Below are positions 23,555 to 33,473 of a stretch of 64,000 bases of DNA, in pieces. The notes below the pieces were generated by a model. It did not search any database and was not told the DNA's origin. It saw only the letters and a list, made by a program, of their open reading frames with translations. The DNA comes from Thalia democratica (lineage: Eukaryota), in the NCBI GenBank assembly GCA_965202585.1, contig OZ241831.1, positions 19,530,001 through 19,594,000 on the forward strand, given 5' to 3'. Made by a program: the position numbers and the translations under genes. How positions within the stretch are numbered: position 1 is the first letter of the stretch; each line of letters starts with the position of its first letter.

Positions 23555-25480
23555 CTTTTAATAATATTAAACTGTTTATAACAGTTTTTACCCTAAACTT
23601 AACTTTAAACTGAAAATAGACCAAAAAGCACATACGTTCAAAAATCTGGAAAAAAAAACTGCCAGTAGCTTAGTTTTTTATGTAGAAAATTAGACTATTT
23701 TTTCAAAAAAAAATGCTTTGATAGCTTATATCTCAAAAATTACTTTTAATTTGTTAAGTGGTAAAAAATGGGTGGCTTCGCGTTTAGCCACCAAATCCTA
23801 CGCTCTACTGAGCACGAAAGGTAGCTCTTTTCAATGAGATAAAATCATTCAACCGTATAAATTAATGCTAACAGCTAAACATAACATTTTTGAGTGAAAC
23901 AACAAAATCTTATAATATTTGAAGTTTAAACAGTAGTAATGGTGACACAGTTAACACCACATAAATCAATAAAATTGATGATAGCTTTATCTAAGAAAGA
24001 GATATAATGTGAATATTATAGTATTTTAAGTCCATTTGTTTAGTTGAACTTCTCATTATTTATAAAAGATATTTAGTTAATATATATCCCATTTTAAAAG
24101 CTTAAGGTATATACGATAAAAGTTTTTTTATTGTAAAAAACTTTAGTTATTGATAGTGATTAGTTAAATAGTTTTATATGAACTCTATTCTGCCAAAGTT
24201 TCAAATTTATGCATTTATTCCAACAAGCTTATTTTTAACACTTAGGTTTTCATTTAACACCCAGTGTTAGATTTTCTTTACAAAATTGATTGTCCCCTCC
24301 CTCTAATAGCCTTAGTAACAGTTTGTTTGTTTCTTTGCTCATACAATTAAAATTTGCCTTTATAAAATCACTCTAAGTATATTTTCATATTTTTTTAACT
24401 TTTTAGGTAAAAGATTTTTTTTTTAATTAATTCAAGTTTTTTATTTTATAATTATTTACTTAAGTAGTGTTAATGTCTATAGTTTAGTTTTGTTTGAAAC
24501 AGGTATAATTTGTAGTGTAAATTTTAAAAGAGTAGTTTTTGTTAATATTGTTTTTAATATCAGGAAAGATTTTTTGAAATATTTTTTTTTGAATTCATGG
24601 AAACTCAGGATTGTAGTTTTTATAACTTTGTTTTCTTTTAAAGCACTGTTGTAAACGCTTACATTCTGACTTATCACAAAAATCAAAAACAAAACATCTA
24701 TTGGGAAGAGTGGAGGAACATATACATTATAATTAGTATCTTAAAATTTCAGTAAACTAATTTCAATTAGCCCTATTTAATATCAGCAGAGCTAATGTGG
24801 TTCCTCTACTGACTTTTTTAAAACACAATTTTTAAAGAAACAAAAAAATTGGACTCAATACTTTTTGAGGAAAAAGGTTAGTACTAGGTTTTTATATGAA
24901 TCCGGAACCACTCTTATGCTTTTTGAACCCTTTATCCATTTTTTTTTTATTAGATTAAAACATATTTATGAAAACTATAATTATATACCATAAGATAATT
25001 TTCACAAAATAAAAAATTGTTAATTAGCTTTTGTGATAAAGTCTTTTGAATAAAAAGTTTCATAGAAATATAGAAGGACAATTTTTTATTGTTAATTTCC
25101 TCTAAATTAAAAAGAAAATTACTAAAATTCTGTCTTCTTCCTAGTTTTTAAATAAATTGACCTAATATTTTCAGGAAGTAATTCATGCATTAGTAGTAAA
25201 AATCCTATTTAAACAGTTTGAAAAAAATTAAGAAACTCATGACCAAACTATTCATTTTTTAAGGCCATAGGGAGTTGGAATTTTTTTTTACAAAATATAA
25301 CATTGACTCTTCTTTGAAAGTTTATAGTATATACTATAAGGAAATATTTATATAAAAGAATTGTTATAATTAATTTTTTAAAGTTTTTTGTTTCTCTATT
25401 ATAATTACATGAAACATAAAATGTTTAGGATCCGATCGGATCTTAATTTACAAATAAAATCTGGATCGGGTCGGATCCTA

Positions 25481-25602
25481 AAAAGTGGTCCCCCAGATCA
25501 TCAATTGAAGATGAAAAATGTAGTCGAGATCGGTTTTGTATCTAGGCATGAGCTTATGTGAAAATCATTAAATTGGCGCCTCAACCGCTCAGCCAATGGG
25601 CC
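25481..25602 (-). mobile_element. Possible tRNA-derived SINE head
   Basis: Minus strand has an A-box-like TGGCTGAGCGGTTGAGGCGCC followed by a degenerate B-box-like segment; no cloverleaf. Confidence 0.35.
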
Positions 25603-28600
25603 TTTTTGAAAATATTATTTTTAGCTAATATATATTTCAAAACTTTAGAAACTTTTCACAAACTACTTCACTGCAATTATATTTTTGAATGTAAGTTCAA
25701 GATATATATGATAAAACAATTAACTATATATCTATTTTGCTACTATTACAAAAAAATGAATTCATAAAACAAACATGAGATACAAACTTATTTATTTTTA
25801 AGATAATTTGTTTACAACTACTTTAAAACGGTTTTAAATGTTTTTTTGTGGTTGTTTAATCCTAACAATTTATTTATTGTAAATTTTTTTATTAAACATG
25901 CTCAACTTGAATTTTTTAACTATGTTTCTAAATTATTTGATAAAAACCTCTACTTAAGACGTTTTATAAGTTTTTTTGTATTTGTTTGAACCAAAAAGTT
26001 TGTACTTTGTAAGATTATCTTTTTATAACTTCTAACCAAACCATTTTAAATTGTTTATTGTCATATGAAATTCTATTACCTACACAAACCGTTACAAAGT
26101 TTAACTGCCGAACGGATTATGAAACTATCTGAATTGTTACATATGTTGTCAATAAGGATTGTAGATAAAAAAATTTATGAAATGTTATTTTCTTTATTAA
26201 ACACCGCAATTGATTTTTTTTTTAAACTTTGTTTAAAATATATTTTAAGACGCTTTAGTTGTGTTTTAGTTTCTGTGAAACATTTTATTTTTTGTAAGTT
26301 TATATACTATACCTGTTTAAACTGCATTTTTATTATTTTATGTAACTTTTGTGCTAAAAACCTCTACATAAGAGATTTTATAAGCGTTTTTATAAAAACT
26401 ATCAACTTACCATTAAAACTGTCTGTCTAATTTATGTACAACAACAACATTTTAGAGTTTTGGATGCTATAACTTTGTTTTCGTGTCTATTAAACCTTAA
26501 AAGTACATTTATTCTCATAATCTCTTTCTTAATTGCCTATAAAGCCATACCTCGACAAATTACTAATGTTAATTATATACAAAAGGGTTCTAATAAGGAC
26601 GGTTAAACAGTTTTTCGTGTTTATTTTAACTGAAAGACAAGTAATTGAAAATATTTAATTGAAAATTTTATAATTATTATTTATAACTACTAAAACTGAG
26701 TTTTAGTTATTACATTTAAACAGTTTTTTTTTGTTTTTTTTTTAATATAAATTTTATTTATGTCATTTTTTAATTAAAACTGATCAAATTCCAACCTTTT
26801 ATTCTATATATTTGTTGTATTACGATTCAACAGCTTCTTTTCAGTTTTAAGAGAAAAAGTATATTCGTTTACCAGTTTTAATCAAATTTATATATAAGAG
26901 TCTAAATTCTTTTCTATACACAATTTATTATTATACTACAAGTAAGTAAATACTACTTTTTATTAGTTTATATTTAAAATAGGTACAATTAATATATTAA
27001 TTTGTGTTAAAAATTATCATTTTGTGTGAGTAGAATTATTTTTAAATATAATATTATAATTTATGGTTTTATCGAAATATATTTCAAAGTCGTGTAATTT
27101 TATTCTACAATAAATGTACAAAAATTAAAAAAACTTCTTGTTTAAAACTTTTAACTACTGTTATAAGTTTTATTTAATAACATTCATATATCTTAATATT
27201 TTATTTATATATAAATCAATTTTTAAATAGATAACATTGATTTTTACATGTAATTTTGAAATAAAATAATATTTACTTCGATATTTTAACCTAAATAGAT
27301 TCATGCAAACTATATATTTTATTCACGACCGGTTTCAGTGGCAAAAAATTGCGACCTTTTCAAGCAAAAATAAAATATTAAACTTTTTTAATTAACTTTT
27401 TTAGTTAAGGCAAATAACTAGATATTTTAACCTAAAAAAGTTTAATGATTTACAACATATCTAATTTGTTTAAATAATGAAAGTTAGATAAAGTATAGTG
27501 TAAGAATCCACTTAAAAAAACTTAAAAATATGCCGGTTTAAAATTTATATTTAAATTTAAATTATCCAACTCGCATTGGTTTCATCGTTATAAACTATTT
27601 ACGAGTTAGCTTTTTTTAAACGTTGAACATTCTATTGAAAAAATCTATCTTTTGTGTTCAGTAGAGCGGAGGATTTGGTGGCTAAACGCGAAGCCACCCG
27701 TAAAAAATTGGTTATACGCACGAATCGGGGCACACATTATTAAACATTATTTGCAAATACTTTTACCAATTTTATACGACATTAAATATATGTTTACTAC
27801 CAGGTCCAAAATTCTTCAATGTGCTTTTTAAAAAGTAAAGACATCGGTAACGTACGCACTTTGAGAAGAACGCACCCGCGTAAGGTACGCACCTGCGTAG
27901 GGTACGCACTAAATATTTAGAAAATAATAATATTTGTTTTAGAAAATTTATTTAAACTTATATATTTATAAACTTTTTACAGGTGTTATTAGAGACGAAG
28001 ACAAGCTCTTTAAAGCGAAAATAGAAAACTGTAACTACTAGTGACATTTCAACTACGATTGACATTTTAACTATATTAAAACTTTATCGTCATATAAATA
28101 AAAAATATTAACGTGTTTCAGACAAGTTATTCAAAATTGTTTTAAAAGCAATTGTTGAGGCGAGTTTTAAAAAGTATTAGCTGTACTTAGTTTTTGATTT
28201 AGAGTAGTTTTATGACTTTCAATAATATTAAATACTATTGGCATGTTTTTAAAAGATTATTTTGGTCATTTTAATTACATTTAAGACTAAATTCTAAAAT
28301 ATAAAAATTAGAATTAATAAAAGCAAAAAAAAACTTTTGCATCAAATAAAGTAAAATTTTTTTAATAATATCAATTTGTTTTTATTGTTATGTTCTCCGA
28401 TATCACTAGTTTAGACTACTTTCCACCAAAGCTGACGAAGTTTTAGTTCTAATTTTTAGGTTAAATAGTTTTAAATTTTGTTTTTTTTTTTTTGAAATGT
28501 GTGTCTGATAAGTACGTTAATGTTATATTTAACGCTCTCATTAAATTTTTTTAATACTTTAACTAAGGCTAGCATCGTTATTGTTATGCGTGCAACAATT

Positions 28601-29041
28601 TATAGTTTGTATAGAACAAGCTTACCAAACTTTTATTGTTGAATAGAAAAAAAAGTAAATGTTTTGCAGGTACTCATTAAAAAACTAAAAATGTGTTAAA
28701 AGTTTTATTGTTTTATACAGCACATACCAGAGATACAAGTGTCGAAAATTAAATATACAATTATCAAAAAATCCCCGACAGTAAGAGTTTTTAATCTTAA
28801 ATATAAATAAAAATTTACAAAAAGTTATAATAGTTAGTTTTTAATCTTAGGATAGGTTTTCTCCTTCTGAAGATATCAAAATTAATTTAAGCTAAAATAT
28901 ATTTAGTTTATTATTTAAATACTTGATTTATTTTGTAGCCGCAAATTAATACTATATAGTTATTCTTTAGAACAATTCAGCCTATAATATACAACTCTCA
29001 TTTGTGGAAAAAGCATGCACAAAACAAACCTTATATTAATA

Positions 29042-29254
29042 TGTAACGCCTCTGGCTATAAATTAAATTCAGCAAAAGAGTTTTCTCTAATTAGGGTTTT
29101 TTTAATTTGTTTACTTTCTAAATTGCCGCCTTATAAATAAACTATGAGATGTTGTGGCAGCTCAAGCTTGACTTTTCTATGTGCTAAATTGTGAGTATTG
29201 TTATTAATCTCTTATTTTTAGTTCTGTCTCTTAAATTGATATATTTCTAATAAA
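29042..29254 (+). repeat. 5' part of the Gypsy 5' LTR
   Basis: Starts TGTAAC; 213 bp with 3 substitutions versus 37511-37723. Confidence 0.85.
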
Positions 29255-30015
29255 ATATGTTTTGGTTTTAAGAAAACAAATAGAGAGATCTCAACTGCTG
29301 GAGGAGAAGTAATATATTTATTCTTTCAAAAATTTATTTTACAAACTAAGTTTCGGTCAAAGACCTCTTCAGTGCTTAAATAAATCTAAAAAAAGATATG
29401 TGACAGTCATGGAAAATAGCAATTGAACAATTAAATAAAGATAAAAACAAAATATTACTGAAAATTTTTACTTAAGAAACTAAACAAATCAAATTTTAAT
29501 ATTAAGACTGAGTTTTAGTAGAAGTTTAAATTTTTAGCTAAGTTTTAAAATCAATATAACAACAATACTAACAATAATCAAAGCTGTATGTAGCTTTCTT
29601 TTTTCTTCTAAATAATTTACAGACTAAACATTGCTTAAGTAAAAGTGTGATTAATGAAATGAGCTTAAAATTTAATTGAAATTGGTGTGGCTTATTTTAA
29701 TTGTGACGTAATTATTGAAAATTTGAACAATTTTGTGCTTTTAATCGTTATTAAAATTTAAATTTCCGCTCAAATGCTTTATATGAAAGCTTACAGTTAA
29801 AACAAATTTTTACCTTAGAACAAAACAAGTTAAATTATGGTACTAAGTTTGAATTTTTGGCAAAGTTTAAATTCTAGTTAAATTTAAGAATCAAAGAACA
29901 ACACAAATAAATAAGAATAAGGTTAATAATAATAAGTAGGCTTAAGTTAAGATGCATTTTAATCAAGCTGAATTTTATTGTGACTTGAATATTGTGAATT
30001 TAAGTAGTTTTGTGC
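29255..30015 (-). mobile_element. Inverted 3' UTR/pLTR of Neptune family B
   Basis: Carries a hammerhead on the - strand. Its minus-strand start TAAGCACAAAACTACTTAAA (29999-30018) is identical to 33437-33456, the end of the family-B 3' UTR on +. Confidence 0.7.
29332..29385 (-). ncRNA. Minimal type I hammerhead ribozyme
   Basis: Minus strand: ATTTATTT AA GCA CTGAAGA GGTC TTT GACC GAAAC TTA GTT TGT A AAATAAAT. Canonical core, 4-bp stem II, GUU cleavage site. Confidence 0.85.
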
Positions 30016-30108
30016 TTAAGAGTTTCTTGTAGTTGCTTGGGCTTGTTTGGTATAGGTTTCTTGTTTTATCTGCGAAAAGGATGATTTTATTTTTAGTTAG
30101 TATCTGTT

Positions 30109-31830
30109 TTAACTAACAACATAACTAAAACTTACAAAACTTCAAACGAAAACCTAATCGAACAAATAAATACCGAGTCACAAGAATTAATCACCGACAG
30201 AAAATACAAAAACAAAAAAATACCTAAGTTCTCAACCTCGGACGCCTTTATAACAGTAAAGGATCACAAGAAACAATTCCCCCTCAATGTTGAGTGCAGA
30301 CTATTAAACCCAGACAAAAACGAGCTTGGGAGGATAAGCAAAAACATCTTAGAAAGAGCTGTGACGAAAATAAGATACGCGTCAAGATTGGTCCAGTGGA
30401 AAAACTCATTTGAAGTAATCGAATGGTTCAATAATGTACAAAATAAATCAAAAAAATGCTTTATAAACTTCGATATTGTGAATTTCTATCCCAGTATCAC
30501 TGAAAATCATTTAACTAACGCTATAAACTTTGCAAAAAAATACACCATAATAGAAGACAGGGACATAAAATTAATTAAGCACACCTGCAAAACAATTTTG
30601 ACTTTTAACAAAAAAACCTGGATCAAAAAAGATAACAACAACCTATTCGACGTTCCCATGGGCTCCTTCTTCGGCGCCGAGTTATGCGATTTAATCGGAC
30701 TATATGCATTGAGCAAGCTTGAACCTCTTTATGATACTAAAGAGATCGGTTTGTATAGAGACGACGGCCTTGCAATTATCCAACCAAAAAACAACCAAGA
30801 TTTAGAAAATAAAAAGAAAAAAACAATAAAAATATTCAGAGATATTGGTTTTAAAATAACGATAGACACTGGTGCAACTATATGCAACTTTTTAGATATA
30901 ACATTAGACCTTTCAAATAACTTATTTAAACCGTACAAAAAAGAAAACACAGAAACTAGATACATTAATAGAAACTCTAACCATCCTAAAATTATTAAAA
31001 AGAACTTACCGGCAATGATAGAAAATAGACTGATTAAATTATCTAAAAACAAATATATTTTTGATCAAAATGCATACACATACCAAAACGCTTTAGACAA
31101 ATCAAATTTTAAACATAAACTGACTTATAAGGAAGATTTTAACAAACAGAAAAAGAAAAGAAACAGAACAAGAAAAATAATTTATTTCAACCCACCATTT
31201 TGCGAATCAGTAAAAACAAACATAGGAAAAATATTTTTTGAATTAATCAACAAACATTTTAATCAGAACAACAGTCTAAACAAGTTAATAAATAAAAGCA
31301 ACTGTAAGTTAGCGTATAGTTGCATGAGTAACATAAAAATGCTAATCCAAGGACACAACAAAAAAACTTTAAATAATGCAGAAAAAACTGAAAATACCGA
31401 CAAAGTAGAATCACTATGTAATTGTAGAAACAAAAACTTATGCCCGCTAAAAAACAAATGCCTAACTAATAATGTTATCTATAAAGCTACGGTCACGACG
31501 AAAAAAGAATTAAAACAATACGTAGGAAGCACAGGAGGAACTTTCAAGAAAAGGTGGTATAGCCACATAAGAGATATAAAAATTTACAAGGAGAACGGAA
31601 CCGAACTATCCAAATATATTTGGAAACTAAAACGCAACAACACTAACTACAACATCAAATGGGAAATTTTACACCACATCGGACACATAAGGAAACCGCA
31701 GAGAATCTGCAGGACCTGCTCCTATGAAAAAATGGAAATAGCGAACGCTGACGGGGAAACATCATTAAATAAAAGGAACGAGTTAATATGTTCTTGTATA
31801 CACTTTAAGAAGCTTTATTTCAAAACTTAA
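30109..31830 (+). CDS. Neptune-clade PLE polyprotein (RT + Cys-rich linker + GIY-YIG endonuclease); open for 573 codons, 5'-incomplete
   Basis: I translated 30109-30360 and found no stop upstream of the track start. Motifs: FDIVNFYPSI, VPMGSFFGAELCDL, LYRDDGL, YFNPPF, CNCRNKNLCPLKNKC, VIYKA...YVGST, KKRWYSH, CRTC, LNKRNEL..C.H. Confidence 0.93.
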   Translation, partial: LTNNITKTYKTSNENLIEQINTESQELITDRKYKNKKIPKFSTSDAFITVKDHKKQFPLNVECRLLNPDKNELGRISKNILERAVTKIRYASRLVQWKNSFEVIEWFNNVQNKSKKCFINFDIVNFYPSITENHLTNAINFAKKYTIIEDRDIKLIKHTCKTILTFNKKTWIKKDNNNLFDVPMGSFFGAELCDLIGLYALSKLEPLYDTKEIGLYRDDGLAIIQPKNNQDLENKKKKTIKIFRDIGFKITIDTGATICNFLDITLDLSNNLFKPYKKENTETRYINRNSNHPKIIKKNLPAMIENRLIKLSKNKYIFDQNAYTYQNALDKSNFKHKLTYKEDFNKQKKKRNRTRKIIYFNPPFCESVKTNIGKIFFELINKHFNQNNSLNKLINKSNCKLAYSCMSNIKMLIQGHNKKTLNNAEKTENTDKVESLCNCRNKNLCPLKNKCLTNNVIYKATVTTKKELKQYVGSTGGTFKKRWYSHIRDIKIYKENGTELSKYIWKLKRNNTNYNIKWEILHHIGHIRKPQRICRTCSYEKMEIANADGETSLNKRNELICSCIHFKKLYFKT

Positions 31831-32267
31831 GAGCGTTTTGATAAAAAAATATCTATTTTAATTTGTACAAGTACTTAAACCAATATATAATTACGTCATA
31901 ATACAATAGCCAAACTTTTTTTTTTTTTTTTTAAACGAGTAAACTTAACTTAAAGGTTTAGTTAAAGAGATGTTTTTCTTTGTTAGTTATCTAAAGATTT
32001 CACAAGGCCACTAAATGTTAGTAGAATTATTTTTTATTGTATATTTTTTTGTTTGTTTAAGTTTTAAGATTGTATAATTATTAAGTAACGTGCATTTTCC
32101 TAAATTTAGCCTAGCAACATTAAAATCATCATACGCTAATAACTTTAAACTATAGGTTTTAATTAGATTTCACTCAGTTTTTTGTTATACATTTTTTCTT
32201 TTTAACTTCTTTTATTTCAAGTTTAGCCTAATGTCTTCCTACTTGTTATCACATAAATTTTTACAGA

Positions 32268-32329
32268 TTTTAAACAACTGAAGATCTCGTTTTTTTTTTA
32301 AACGAGTGAAACATTGTATTGTAATAAAA
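32268..32329 (+). ncRNA. Type I hammerhead ribozyme in the Neptune 3' UTR (sense to the ORF)
   Basis: TTTTAAA CAA CTGAAGA T CTCGTTT-(T)n-AAACGAG T GAAAC ATT GTA TTG TAATAAAA; same family as 18510. Confidence 0.82.
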
Positions 32330-32348
32330 TTTTAGAAATTTATCATTG

Positions 32349-32601
32349 AAAACCAAATTACAGATAATTTCAATATAATTAAGTATTAACACCAAAGTTT
32401 ATTTATTCAAATTTATGTAAAACCAAAGTACAAATAACTCCAATTTAATTTTATTAACAGCAAAGTTTATTTATTCAAATTTATGCAAAACCAAAGTAAA
32501 ATTAACTTCAATTTAATTTTATTAACAGCAAAGTTTATTTATTCAAATTTATGCAAAACCAAAGTAAAATTAACTTCAATTTAACTTTATTAGAAATATA
32601 T
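32349..32601 (-). repeat. Inverted 253-bp internal piece of the Gypsy LTR
   Basis: Reverse complement of 37708-37960, including the 68-bp tandem units. Confidence 0.9.
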
Positions 32602-32617
32602 ATTTATTCTTTCAAAA

Positions 32618-32671
32618 ATTTATTTTACAAACTAAGTTTCGGTCAAAGACCTCTTCAGTGCTTAAATAAAT
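32618..32671 (-). ncRNA. Second copy of the family-B hammerhead
   Basis: Lies within 32598-32862, a 265-bp direct duplicate of 29312-29576. Confidence 0.85.
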
Positions 32672-32862
32672 CTAAAAAAAGATATGTGACAGTCATGGAA
32701 AATAGCAATTGAACAATTAAATAAAGATAAAAACAAAATATTACTGAAAATTTTTACTTAAGAAACTAAACAAATCAAATTTTAATATTAAGACTGAGTT
32801 TTAGTAGAAGTTTAAATTTTTAGCTAAGTTTTAAAATCAATATAACAACAATACTAACAATA

Positions 32863-33313
32863 CTTAAAAACAAGAAACGATGATCCAAACGAAACACTTT
32901 GCAACTGCCGAACAAAAAACAAATGTCCCCTTAAGAATAAATGCTTAGTTGAAAATGTGATATATAAAGCGACAATCAAATCGGAAAACGAAACAAAAAA
33001 CTATTTAGGCTCAACGGGTGGAACTTTTAAAAAAAGATGGTACAACCATATTAATGACTTTAAAAACTATAAAGAGAACGGAACAGAATTATCGAAGTAT
33101 ATATGGAAGCTTAAAAATAAGAACATCGAATACAAAATAGATTGGGAAATTATCCACCACATTGGCAAAGCAAAAAACCCACAAAGCATTTGCAGTACTT
33201 GCATATTAGAAAAGGTCGCGATCGCTAAAGCAGACAGAAGGGATAATCTAAACAAACGGTACGAACTCTTTTATTCCTGCCCGCACTTCCGAAAACTCCA
33301 CTTCAAAACTTAA
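32863..33313 (+). pseudogene. 5'-truncated Neptune family B fragment (Cys linker + GIY-YIG endonuclease)
   Basis: LCNCRTKNKCPLKNKCLVENVIYKAT...YLGSTGGTFKKRWYNH...CSTC...LNKRYEL..CPHFRKLHFKT; clearly related to but distinct from the 30109 ORF. Confidence 0.9.
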
Positions 33314-33473
33314 ATTAATCGTAACACAGGTTTTATGCATGCTTTTTAATTTTTGTAACTATAATTTTCTTAAAGTTAATTTTTTTTTTTTTTTCTAAAT
33401 TATTCAAGCAAAATTTTAAAATTTTGGTAACTATTATAAGCACAAAACTACTTAAAGCTCTTGGTATAGCACA

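Noticed and set aside
23765-23815. GGTGGCT-N8-AGCCACC hairpin (also at 27677-27698) as a Helitron 3' end or terminator
   Set aside because: No CTRR terminus or A/T insertion site; it is a repeat fragment of unknown class.
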